NCBI GenBank assembly: GCA_964423195.1 | Contig: CAYRDY010000003.1 | Span: forward strand, 1-54,312 | Direction: 5' to 3' | From: an uncultured Catenibacillus sp. | GTDB taxonomy: Bacteria > Bacillota > Clostridia > Lachnospirales > Lachnospiraceae | Length of the DNA stretch: 54,312 nucleotides | In this document: positions 20,029-28,866 of the stretch, in pieces | How the letters are laid out: each line of letters starts with the position of its first letter | Numbering within the stretch: position 1 is the first letter of the stretch | The notes under the pieces: generated by a model | What the model was told of the DNA's origin: nothing | The model's input: the letters and a program-made list of their open reading frames with translations, nothing else | The model's database searches: none | Program-made: the position numbers and the translations under genes

Positions 20029-21304
20029 TCTGAAGAAATATTATCTGTCGCTCGGCATATCCGAGAAAGTCTATGATTATTGCAGCCGGATCACCGGTCA
20101 GCTAAGCGATCGCTTTGCCCGGATCGACGCCGTGACAGAGTTTAATCAGTTGAAAGTGATCCGCGCCATGCAGAAAAATAGGATCAGCGATTATCATTTT
20201 AACAGCGGCACGGGCTACGGCTATAACGATGACGGGCGCGACGCCCTGGAGCGCGTCTACGCGGATGTCTTTCACACGGAGGACGCCCTGGTGCGCCCAC
20301 ATATCACATGCGGCACGCACGCGCTGACCCTGGCGCTGGCGGGCAATCTGAGGCCCGGCGACGAACTCCTGGCGCCCGCCGGAAAACCGTATGACACACT
20401 TGAGGAGGTCATCGGCATCCGGCCGTCGAGAGGGTCGCTCGCGGAATATGGCATCACCTACAGGCAGGTTGACTTGAAAGAGGACGGAACATTTGACTAC
20501 GACGGCATCCGGGAGGCGATCCGCGGCCGCACAAAGATGGCGGCGATTCAGCGCTCAAAGGGTTATCAGACCAGGCCGACATTTTCGGTCGGTCAGATCG
20601 GGGAACTGATCGCATTTATCAAGGAAATCAATCCGGACATCATCTGTATGGTCGATAATTGCTATGGTGAATTTGTGGAGATCACGGAGCCATCCGACGT
20701 GGGCGCCGATCTCTGTGTCGGTTCCCTGATCAAAAATCCGGGCGGCGGGCTGGCGCCGATCGGCGGCTATATCGCCGGGAAAAAGGTTTATGTGGAAAAC
20801 GCGGCTTATCGACTGACCGCGCCGGGACTGGGCCGGGAAGTCGGCGCCAGTCTGGGGGTCAACCGCAGCTTTTTTCAGGGACTTTTTCTGGCGCCGCAGG
20901 TGGTCGCAAGCGCGCTCAAGGGCGCCATTTTCGCCGCAAATATTTACCAGAATCTCGGATTTTTGGCGATTCCGGACAAGGATGAGCCGAGGCACGATAT
21001 CATTCAGGCCGTCGTCCTTGGGAGCCCTGAGGCCGTGATCCAATTTTGCAGGGGGATCCAGGCCGCCGCGCCCGTGGACAGCCACCTCCTGCCGGAGCCA
21101 TGGGCGATGCCGGGCTACGACAGTGAGGTGATCATGGCAGCGGGCGCGTTTATCCAGGGGTCGTCGATTGAGCTGAGCGCCGACGCCCCGATCCGGGAGC
21201 CGTATACCGTCTATTTTCAGGGCGGCCTGACCTGGCCCCACGCAAAATTCGGCATCATGATGTCCCTGCAAAAATTATATGAGTCGAATCTGGTCCGTCT
21301 GTGA
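20021..21304 (+). CDS. YnbB / aluminium-resistance family PLP-dependent protein (Cys/Met-metabolism lyase-like)
   Basis: 427 aa with the N-terminal pattern typical of the YnbB family (GTGYGYNDDGRDALE..). It overlaps the miaA stop by 8 nt. Confidence 0.8.
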   Translation: MNDLKKYYLSLGISEKVYDYCSRITGQLSDRFARIDAVTEFNQLKVIRAMQKNRISDYHFNSGTGYGYNDDGRDALERVYADVFHTEDALVRPHITCGTHALTLALAGNLRPGDELLAPAGKPYDTLEEVIGIRPSRGSLAEYGITYRQVDLKEDGTFDYDGIREAIRGRTKMAAIQRSKGYQTRPTFSVGQIGELIAFIKEINPDIICMVDNCYGEFVEITEPSDVGADLCVGSLIKNPGGGLAPIGGYIAGKKVYVENAAYRLTAPGLGREVGASLGVNRSFFQGLFLAPQVVASALKGAIFAANIYQNLGFLAIPDKDEPRHDIIQAVVLGSPEAVIQFCRGIQAAAPVDSHLLPEPWAMPGYDSEVIMAAGAFIQGSSIELSADAPIREPYTVYFQGGLTWPHAKFGIMMSLQKLYESNLVRL

Positions 21305-21450
21305 AAAAGTCTCACAATTTTACAATATCGCGGAATAAATCATGGATTTTTCATTGACTATTTCGATATACTTTTTCAGATAACCATGATATAATAATGG
21401 AAACGCTTTGGACATACTTTGGAGAGATACGAGTATGAAAGGGCGGTTAC

Positions 21451-22143
21451 ATGGACAATTCTAATTTACAGATCAAAAACATGCCGGAATCAGAACGGCC
21501 TTACGAAAAATGCCTGAAGTTCGGCGCAGAGTCACTGTCCGATGCCGAGCTGCTGGCAGTCATCATCAAGTCTGGGACAAAAAATCTTCGCTCGACGGAT
21601 CTTGCGCGGCAAATCCTTGCCCTGTGTGAGCCCCAGGGCGGTCTGAGCTATCTAAACCGGCTGTCTGTCCACCAGCTGACAAAGATTAAGGGCGTCGGAA
21701 AGGTCAAAGCGATACAGATCGTCTGCGCCGCTGAGTTATCACGCCGCATCGCCAAGTCAAGCGCCGGTTCAGGGGACAATTTCAACAATCCCGACACTGT
21801 GGCGGCTTACTACATGGAGGATATGCGCCATCTGACCCAGGAACAGCTGATCCTTGTCATGCTCGACACCAAATGCAGACTGATCAAGGATATGGTGTTG
21901 ACCAGAGGCACAGTCAACAGAACGATCATGAATCCCAGAGAAATTTTTGTCGAGGCACTGAAGTACGAGGCGGTGCATATCATCCTTGTGCACAATCATC
22001 CCAGCGGCGACCCGACGCCCAGCAAGGAGGATATCCGGCTGACAAAGCAGGTCGCGGATGCGGGAAGGCTGATCGGTATTCCCCTGGTCGACCATCTGAT
22101 CATCGGCGATAACATCTATGAAAGCCTTGCGCGCTACATATGA
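21451..22143 (+). CDS. radC: RadC-family JAB/MPN domain protein (UPF0758)
   Basis: 230 aa with an HhH N-terminus (LSDAELLAVII) and the JAMM motif HNHPSGDPTPS. Confidence 0.85.
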   Translation: MDNSNLQIKNMPESERPYEKCLKFGAESLSDAELLAVIIKSGTKNLRSTDLARQILALCEPQGGLSYLNRLSVHQLTKIKGVGKVKAIQIVCAAELSRRIAKSSAGSGDNFNNPDTVAAYYMEDMRHLTQEQLILVMLDTKCRLIKDMVLTRGTVNRTIMNPREIFVEALKYEAVHIILVHNHPSGDPTPSKEDIRLTKQVADAGRLIGIPLVDHLIIGDNIYESLARYI

Positions 22144-22336
22144 CATATGACCTTGAGACTGGTCTTAAAATGTGATTATTTTTTCATTAAATTACGATAA
22201 TTTTATTGCAAAACTCCGCCGGATTTTGTATATTATTAATAGAGCGATTTTATTAGAATGATCGCGGGTCTGTTTTTATGTTGCCGTACTGGTATAGAAC
22301 TGAATATTGAATGACAAAAACAGGAGGATGTTTTAG

Positions 22337-22732
22337 ATGAATATCGGTTTAATCGCACACGACACAAAAAAGAAATTGATGCAGAATTTCTGTATTGCCT
22401 ATCGCGGCATTTTATCTAAAAATGAATTATATGCTACCGGCACGACCGGAAGACTGATTGAGGAAGTCACAAATTTAAACATACATAAATTTCTCGCCGG
22501 CCATCTGGGGGGCGAACAGCAGCTCGGCGCCCAGATCGAACACAACAATATTGACCTTGTCATTTTCCTGCGCGACCCGATCGCTCCAAAGACGCATGAA
22601 CCGGACGTTCACAGGGTCGTCCGGCTTTGCGATACGCACAATATCCCGATCGCTACGAATCTTGCGACCGCTGAACTGCTGATCAAGGCACTTGACCGCG
22701 GTGATCTGGACTGGCGCGAATTTTATAAATGA
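22337..22732 (+). CDS. mgsA: Methylglyoxal synthase
   Basis: 131 aa: IALIAHD..KK, ATGTTG, and the typical length. Confidence 0.9.
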   Translation: MNIGLIAHDTKKKLMQNFCIAYRGILSKNELYATGTTGRLIEEVTNLNIHKFLAGHLGGEQQLGAQIEHNNIDLVIFLRDPIAPKTHEPDVHRVVRLCDTHNIPIATNLATAELLIKALDRGDLDWREFYK

Positions 22733-22776
22733 GATGCGCGCAAATTCTACAAATCAAATGGTCAAGAGATGATATC

Positions 22777-23889
22777 ATGAAATACAGAAAAAAAATGCTG
22801 GCATTGTGCTGTCTATCCATGCTTGGCCTCGTCGGATGCGGCCCGCAGAGCGGGCTGATGAACGAATATACGGATATCAATATTCTTCGCAGTACGGACG
22901 TACAGGATGCCATGCCTGTCTACACGGTGGATCCCTTTGCCAAGAATATTGCGATACTGACAAGGGATTACACGACGGCGGGGACGGATGAGAGCGGCGG
23001 GGCATCCACGGATGGAGATAGCAGTGAGAATCCGGATGAGAGTGGCACAGTGCCGGATACATCGGAATCTGTCTCCGAGACCACAGCTGTCCCTGACGGG
23101 GAGGACGACGGCAGCGGATCCGGCGCTCTGAGTGATACGCCTGCCCTACTCGTCAACTATACGACCAACGAGGTCATTTACAGCAACCGGGCCTTTGAGG
23201 AGGTCGCCCCGGCCAGTCTGACGAAGATGATGACAGCGCTTGTGGCGCTCAAATACGGTGTGATGACGGATGAAGTGGTGACGACGACGGAGATGAATGC
23301 CGATATGGTGCCGTCAGCGCAGGTCTGCGGCCTTTCGCCGGGTGACAGGATACAGCTGGATCCTCTGATTCGGGCGATGCTCGTCTATTCGGGCAACGAC
23401 GCGGCAAATGCCATTGCCGTCCACATTTCCGGAAGCCTCAGCGCGTTTGTCGACCTGATGAATATCGAGGCCAACCGCATCGGCGCCGTCAACACGCATT
23501 TTTCGAATACGCACGGCCTTGATGTCGAGAATAACTACTCAAGCGCCTATGATCTCTATCTGATCTTTAATGAATGTATGAAATATGACGTATTCAGGGA
23601 GGCCGTACAGACCTATAAGTACACGCTCACCTACACCACTTCCGGCGGGGAAGAGCGGGTGGTCAGCTATGATTCGACCAATCAGTATCTGCACGGCATC
23701 GCCAAGAGCCCCGAGGGCATCACGGTCTACGGTGGCAAGACGGGCACCACAGAGAATGCCGGCGCGTGCCTGCTCGTCTACGCCAAGGACGCGGAGGGCG
23801 TCGAATATATTGCCCTGTCGATGGGCAATCCTGACAAAGAAGAATTGTACTCACAAATGAACAAAATATTGATAAAAATTCTGAACTAG
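22777..23889 (+). CDS. Serine-type D-Ala-D-Ala carboxypeptidase (PBP5/DacB-like) lipoprotein
   Basis: Lipobox LVGC, SxxK (SLTK), SxN (SGND) and KTG (KTGTT). The ATG at 22777 is preferred over the ORF-track start at 22729. Confidence 0.85.
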   Translation: MKYRKKMLALCCLSMLGLVGCGPQSGLMNEYTDINILRSTDVQDAMPVYTVDPFAKNIAILTRDYTTAGTDESGGASTDGDSSENPDESGTVPDTSESVSETTAVPDGEDDGSGSGALSDTPALLVNYTTNEVIYSNRAFEEVAPASLTKMMTALVALKYGVMTDEVVTTTEMNADMVPSAQVCGLSPGDRIQLDPLIRAMLVYSGNDAANAIAVHISGSLSAFVDLMNIEANRIGAVNTHFSNTHGLDVENNYSSAYDLYLIFNECMKYDVFREAVQTYKYTLTYTTSGGEERVVSYDSTNQYLHGIAKSPEGITVYGGKTGTTENAGACLLVYAKDAEGVEYIALSMGNPDKEELYSQMNKILIKILN

Positions 23890-23904
23890 GCATTGAAATA
23901 TTCA

Positions 23905-23933
23905 TTGAAATATTGAGTATTTTATACTATAAT
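23905..23933 (+). promoter_or_regulatory. Near-consensus sigma-A promoter of the mini P-loop ATPase gene
   Basis: TTGAAA (23905-23910), 17-nt spacer, TATAAT (23928-23933). The -35 lies in the second copy of a perfect 12-bp tandem CATTGAAATATT (23891-23914). Confidence 0.65.
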
Positions 23934-23970
23934 AGATTTAAGTAAATATGAATAGCAGGAGGAGAGTGCA

Positions 23971-24390
23971 ATGATACAAATCATTTCAGGCGCAAAAGGT
24001 AAAGGGAAGACTAAATTTCTTATCCAGAAGGCGAATGACGCCGTCAAGGGAGCGACCGGCAATATCGTCTATCTGGATAAAAACAATAAACATATGTATG
24101 AATTGAGCAATAAAATACGCCTCATCAATGTCAAGGCATTTCCGATTGACAATTATGACAGTTTTCTGGGATTTGTGTGCGGATTGATCTCCCAGGACCA
24201 CGATCTGCAGGCGATGTATCTTGACAGTTTTTTGAGTGTATCCTGTGTGACGGAAGATTATGTCGGCTATGTGCTTACCCAGCTGGACAAGATATCAAAA
24301 GCATTTGAGGTCGATTTTATTTTAAGTATATCTCTTGACTCTGTGGATATTCCGGAAGAATTTAAGGAGAGTATCATTCTTTCTCTGTAA
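23971..24390 (+). CDS. Small (139 aa) P-loop NTPase of unknown function
   Basis: Walker A GAKGKGKT at residues 7-14 and Walker-B-like hhhhD strands (IVYLD, AMYLDSF). SD is AGGAGGAG. The gene is AT-rich compared with its neighbours. Confidence 0.7.
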   Translation: MIQIISGAKGKGKTKFLIQKANDAVKGATGNIVYLDKNNKHMYELSNKIRLINVKAFPIDNYDSFLGFVCGLISQDHDLQAMYLDSFLSVSCVTEDYVGYVLTQLDKISKAFEVDFILSISLDSVDIPEEFKESIILSL

Positions 24391-24405
24391 TCATATGAAT
24401 CGATC

Positions 24406-24443
24406 GTAACAGTTCAGACAAATCTGAACTGTTACATTTTTTT
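24406..24443 (+). terminator. Strong rho-independent terminator/attenuator after the mini ATPase gene
   Basis: Perfect 13-bp stem GTAACAGTTCAGA / TCTGAACTGTTAC with a CAAA loop, then ATTTTTTT. Confidence 0.8.
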
Positions 24444-24459
24444 AAATAGGGAGCAGATT

Positions 24460-25833
24460 ATGGCGGATAAAGATTCCAGGAGGAGATCCGGGCGTCCCGG
24501 AGGCGTCAATATCGGTACGATCATTTTTATCATATTGATCATCTATATCGCGATCATGGTCGGCAGATCTATCTTTAAGGTGCCCGTGTCATACGCTGAG
24601 GTAGAGTCCGGCAAGATCGTCGACAGCAGTATTTTCAACGGGATTGTGCTGCGCGATGAGACGGTGGTCAGAAGTCCGGCGGATGGATATCTGAATTATT
24701 ACATTCATGACGGCGAGCGGGCTGCCAAGGGGTCCAGAGTATGTATGATCGATACGCTGGGGATCTATACGGCCGGTGTCCAGGAGGACAGCCGGATCCA
24801 GTTCAGCAGTGACGATTACAGTGATATCAAGGATATCATTTCCGTCTATACGAATGACTATTCAAACAGCCGTTTCTCAGATATCTATACCTTTAAATAT
24901 GATCTGCAGAATAAAATTACCGAGATTGTCAGCAACCAGTCGATCGACAGCGCCGGGGACGCGGTCGGCAGCTCCGCCGTAAAAAATATCACGGCGCCGG
25001 ATACCGGCATTATTTCCTATTCCTATGACGGCATGGAGGATCTGAAAGCGGAGGACATCACAGATGATATGTTCAACTATGCCTCCCATCAGACCGTTCA
25101 GCTGACCTCAAACGAGCAGATCAGGGCCGGGACACCCGCCTTCAAGCTGACGAGAGACTCGAACTGGTCCATTATTATTCGCTTGAACAGCAATCAGGCG
25201 GCCATTCTCGGCAACGAGGAGGTCGTCAGAGTGAAATTCACGAAAGACGACGTGTCCACATGGGCCTATGTGGATGTCTACGCAAACGGCGACAGCATCT
25301 ACGCGAAGCTGGACATTTCCCGCTACATGGTGCGCTATATCACCGACCGGTACCTGGAGATCGAGCTTGTGACCGCGGAGGCCGAGGGGCTAAAAATTCC
25401 CACCACCTCGCTGGTCACCAAGGATTTCTATACGATTCCGGAGGAATATCGCGTCACTGACCCTGAGAGCGGGGAGCCGGGTTTCTATAAATATAATTAC
25501 AGCGATACCAATGAAATGACGGTCGAGCTGGTCAAGCCGGTCATCTACCAGACGAAGGACGGCCTCTGTTATGTTGATATGAAGGCGTTTAATCTGGGCG
25601 ACTATATCGGCGACGGCTCATCTCAGGAGGGGCTGTACCGCATCGGCGCCACGGATACCGTCTACGGCGTCTACAATATGAATCAGGGGTATACCGCTTT
25701 CCGCATCGTCAATATCTTATATCAAAATGACAGTTACTGCATTATCGAGGAGAATACGACTTACGGCGTTTCACTCTATGATCATATCGTGCTCAATGCC
25801 AGCGCCGTCGACGAGGAAGAAGTCATCAATTAA
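24460..25833 (+). CDS. Membrane-anchored HlyD-like (barrel-sandwich hybrid) protein, function unknown
   Basis: 457 aa with a basic N-terminus, one TM helix (IGTIIFIILIIYIAIMVG) and a lipoyl-like motif (GIVLRDETVV..ADGYL). Confidence 0.6.
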   Translation: MADKDSRRRSGRPGGVNIGTIIFIILIIYIAIMVGRSIFKVPVSYAEVESGKIVDSSIFNGIVLRDETVVRSPADGYLNYYIHDGERAAKGSRVCMIDTLGIYTAGVQEDSRIQFSSDDYSDIKDIISVYTNDYSNSRFSDIYTFKYDLQNKITEIVSNQSIDSAGDAVGSSAVKNITAPDTGIISYSYDGMEDLKAEDITDDMFNYASHQTVQLTSNEQIRAGTPAFKLTRDSNWSIIIRLNSNQAAILGNEEVVRVKFTKDDVSTWAYVDVYANGDSIYAKLDISRYMVRYITDRYLEIELVTAEAEGLKIPTTSLVTKDFYTIPEEYRVTDPESGEPGFYKYNYSDTNEMTVELVKPVIYQTKDGLCYVDMKAFNLGDYIGDGSSQEGLYRIGATDTVYGVYNMNQGYTAFRIVNILYQNDSYCIIEENTTYGVSLYDHIVLNASAVDEEEVIN

Positions 25834-25847
25834 GGGAGAAATGTGTC

Positions 25848-26540
25848 ATGATCAGAGAAAATATCGCGCAGGTTCAAAAAAATATCGCCGAGGCCTGCAG
25901 GCGCTGCGGGCGCGACCCGAAGGAGGTCACGCTGATTGCCGTGAGCAAGACAAAACCCGTGGAGGACATCCGTGAGGCGATGGCCTGCGGTCTGACAGAG
26001 TTCGGTGAAAATAAAGTCCAGGAGATGTGCGATAAGATGGAGGCGATCAGAGAACCGCTCAGATGGCATCTGATCGGCCATCTGCAGACCAATAAGGTCA
26101 AGTATATTGTTGACAGGGCTTATCTGATCCACTCGGTGGATTCTCTGCATCTGGCTGAAAAAATTCAGGCAGAGGCGGAAAAGAAGAATGTCCATGTGAA
26201 TATTCTCGTCCAGGTCAATGTGGCGGATGAACTGACAAAATTCGGCCTGTCCGCCGCGGAGACCATCGATATGGTTGAAAAAATCGCCGTGTTTCCGAAT
26301 CTACATATCAAGGGTTTGATGACCATCGCGCCGTTTGTGGAGAATGCCGAGGAAAATCGACAATTTTTTCGCAAAATGAAAGAATTGTCTGTTGACATTG
26401 GGAACAAAAACATTGATAATGTAAGTATGCGCATCCTTTCCATGGGAATGACCGGAGACTATGAAGTCGCGGTCGAGGAGGGCGCGACCCATGTCCGTGT
26501 AGGGACAGGTATCTTTGGAGAGAGAAATTACAATAGATAG
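25848..26540 (+). CDS. yggS: YggS/YlmE family pyridoxal-phosphate homeostasis protein
   Basis: 230 aa: AVSKTKP, HLIGHLQTNK and MGMTGDYE motifs. Confidence 0.9.
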   Translation: MIRENIAQVQKNIAEACRRCGRDPKEVTLIAVSKTKPVEDIREAMACGLTEFGENKVQEMCDKMEAIREPLRWHLIGHLQTNKVKYIVDRAYLIHSVDSLHLAEKIQAEAEKKNVHVNILVQVNVADELTKFGLSAAETIDMVEKIAVFPNLHIKGLMTIAPFVENAEENRQFFRKMKELSVDIGNKNIDNVSMRILSMGMTGDYEVAVEEGATHVRVGTGIFGERNYNR

Positions 26541-26642
26541 AAATCAGGATCTGCCTTTTCGCCGTTGGACCAAGAGACGGATAAGAAGACGGAGAGAAAA
26601 CATCACGGCAGATGAAAACAGGAATAGGAGAGAGTTGCAGCT

Positions 26643-27215
26643 ATGGGAAAAATGTTTGATAGATTTATGAATACCATGCGCTTAAACGGCGATGATTATG
26701 AAGAGGAATATGACGAATATGATGACGAATATGACGGCTATGACGATGATCTGTATGACGATGAATATGATGATCAGCCGGCGCAGAGGCGAAGTGCGGC
26801 AAAAAAGAGCGCTGGCAGGGCCAGGAGCACATCCGCGCCGCGGGACAGATCGTCAGGCAGTTCTTCGAGAGACAGTAAGATCGTGCCGATAAGAAAGACA
26901 CAGAATATTCAGGAAGTCCGCGTCGTCTGTCCGACGACCTTTGAGGCCGCAAAGGAGATCATCGATGTGCTCCTCGACGGTCAGGCCGCGGTGATCAATC
27001 TCGAAGGCTTGAAAAATGACAATTTCCCGCTGGCATCCAGGATCACAGATTTTGTATTCGGCGGCTGTTACGCTCTTGACGGAAACATCAAACCGGTGAC
27101 CAATTTTATCTTTATCGTGACGCCGGACGGACTGGAGATCACAGGCGACATTCAGGGCGTCGTCAATAACAAACAGAATGTGTCCGGTTCAGTCTACGGT
27201 TATCAGACCAGATAG
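26643..27215 (+). CDS. sepF: Cell division protein SepF (YlmF) with an expanded acidic/basic linker
   Basis: N-terminal amphipathic helix MGKMFDRFMNTMRL and a C-terminal SepF core (VVCPTTFEAAKEIIDVLLDGQAAVINLEGL). It lies in the ylm cluster. Confidence 0.85.
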   Translation: MGKMFDRFMNTMRLNGDDYEEEYDEYDDEYDGYDDDLYDDEYDDQPAQRRSAAKKSAGRARSTSAPRDRSSGSSSRDSKIVPIRKTQNIQEVRVVCPTTFEAAKEIIDVLLDGQAAVINLEGLKNDNFPLASRITDFVFGGCYALDGNIKPVTNFIFIVTPDGLEITGDIQGVVNNKQNVSGSVYGYQTR

Positions 27216-27223
27216 CTCCGGAT

Positions 27224-27988
27224 ATGGATAAATCATCTCAGCTTTTGCTGCGGCATCTCTCTGATCTGGCGGATGATGCCGCTTACCGCGGCGGCTGCAC
27301 CTTCACAGATTTTTTAAATCTGAACGAACAGACGATATTTATTGAAAACAGGGCTGATTTTTCTCACGTTCGCTGTGCTTTCAACGGCGGATATGAATCC
27401 GCCGAGCGGCGTATGATCAAATTTTTTTCGGATTCTGAAGGTGAGACGGAGTGTGAGACGCCGTTTCCGATCCAGTGCGTGAGGATTGAGGCTGTCTCTG
27501 AGAAATTCAGCGATCAGCTGACGCACCGGGATTTTCTGGGCGCCGTTTTAAATCTCGGCATTGACCGCGGCAAGACCGGAGACATTTTGGTGAGGGACAA
27601 TACGGCCTATCTGCTGGCCACGGAGACGATGGCGCCGTTTATCTGTGAGAATCTCGAGCAGGTCAGACACACAAGGGTGCGCGCCAGTCTGTGCGCGCTG
27701 CCTCAGACGGTGGCCGAGCCGGCCTTTCGAACAAAACAGGGCAGCGTCACATCTGTGCGCATTGACAGCCTGGTCGCGCTGGCTTTCAACCTGTCACGCA
27801 CATCGGCGGCGCGATATATCTCGCAGGGACTGGTCTTTATCAACGGCCGTATGGTCACGTCAAACAGCGCTGTCCCCAGGGACGGGGACGTGATCTCTGT
27901 GCGCACGCTCGGCCGGTTCAAGCTGGAGACGACGGATAGGAGATCAAAAAAAGATAAATTGATCGTCAGGACGCACATCTACATTTAG
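27224..27988 (+). CDS. ylmH: YlmH-like RNA-binding protein (S4 domain)
   Basis: 254 aa with a C-terminal S4 motif (RIDSLVALAFNLSRTSAARYISQGLVFINGR). Synteny is sepF-ylmH-divIVA. Confidence 0.8.
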   Translation: MDKSSQLLLRHLSDLADDAAYRGGCTFTDFLNLNEQTIFIENRADFSHVRCAFNGGYESAERRMIKFFSDSEGETECETPFPIQCVRIEAVSEKFSDQLTHRDFLGAVLNLGIDRGKTGDILVRDNTAYLLATETMAPFICENLEQVRHTRVRASLCALPQTVAEPAFRTKQGSVTSVRIDSLVALAFNLSRTSAARYISQGLVFINGRMVTSNSAVPRDGDVISVRTLGRFKLETTDRRSKKDKLIVRTHIYI

Positions 27989-27999
27989 GAGGAATTTTT

Positions 28000-28650
28000 A
28001 TGATCACACCAATTGATGTTCAGTCTAAAACTTTTAAATCAGGTATGGGATATTCAAAAACGGACGTTGACAGTTTTATGCAGACAATCAGCGCCGACTA
28101 TGAGGCGCTTTACAGAGAAAATCTTGAATTAAAGGACAAAGTCAATATATTAAATGACGGTATTAATCACTATAAAAGCATCGAGAAATCCATGCAAAAG
28201 GCGCTTGTGCTGGCGGAGCAGACGGCCGAGGAGACGATCAATTCATCCAAATCCAACGCCACCGTGATCGAGCAGGAAGCTGTCCTGAAGGCTCAGTCCA
28301 TCGTCGCTGACGCCAAGATTGAGCTCGACCATATTCACAGCAAGACCATCGAATTGATCCAGCAGTATGAGAAATACCGCACGCAATTCAAGTCTCTGGC
28401 CCAGTCTCAGGCTGAATTGCTCGACAGCGACGCATTCAATATCGAGGTGGCGACACTTGACGCTTTCCAGAATCTCCAGCAGAGCGCGTCTGAGCATTAC
28501 GCGAATATCGACACCAGCACGGTCTATCAAAAGAGCCATCCGGTCCACATCACCTCCTCGCCGGAGGGGGAGGATAGGGATGAGACCCTGAGTGAAGACG
28601 ATGAGATAAAGATCAATGATTTCGCCAGCATGTTCAAAGACGCGGACTGA
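28000..28650 (+). CDS. divIVA: DivIVA domain protein
   Basis: N-terminus MITPIDVQSKTFKSGMGYSKTDVDSFM followed by a coiled coil. Confidence 0.85.
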   Translation: MITPIDVQSKTFKSGMGYSKTDVDSFMQTISADYEALYRENLELKDKVNILNDGINHYKSIEKSMQKALVLAEQTAEETINSSKSNATVIEQEAVLKAQSIVADAKIELDHIHSKTIELIQQYEKYRTQFKSLAQSQAELLDSDAFNIEVATLDAFQNLQQSASEHYANIDTSTVYQKSHPVHITSSPEGEDRDETLSEDDEIKINDFASMFKDAD

Positions 28651-28738
28651 CAGGCCGACGAATAACCCCTGTCAGGCGGCGTTGAATCGTGGCGGGGCGC
28701 CGTGAAAGCGGCGCGAGAGGTTTGACATATTGAGGCGA

Positions 28739-28770
28739 GGCTGCCGCAGATTTGCGGCGGCCTTATCTTT
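28739..28770 (+). terminator. Candidate terminator downstream of divIVA (first of two GC hairpins)
   Basis: 10-bp stem 28739-28748 / 28753-28762 with a GATT loop, then TTATCTTT. A second 7-bp hairpin GTGCGCC..GGCGCAC lies at 28774-28791. Confidence 0.5.
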
Positions 28771-28866
28771 ATGAGTGCGCCCGGCGGCGCACGTTTCTAT
28801 CAAGTTTAAAAGTTGAATCTGTGATATGATGGATGCGGGTCGTGATGCCGGCAGGAGGGATGCGTC

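Noticed and set aside
21435-21464. A 9-codon upstream ORF (MKGRLHGQF) with GGAGAG SD overlapping the radC start out of frame.
   Set aside because: It could be translational coupling or a leader. However, it is very short and has no recognisable attenuator structure, and radC has its own weak SD. The evidence is insufficient.
22144-22336. Absence of mreBCD/minCDE between radC and mgsA, of hfq after miaA, and of ylmG and ileS in the ylm-divIVA-lspA region.
   Set aside because: Gene order differs widely among Clostridia. No gene fragments or scars of these genes are visible in the spacers, so this is ordinary synteny variation rather than a deletion event I can support.
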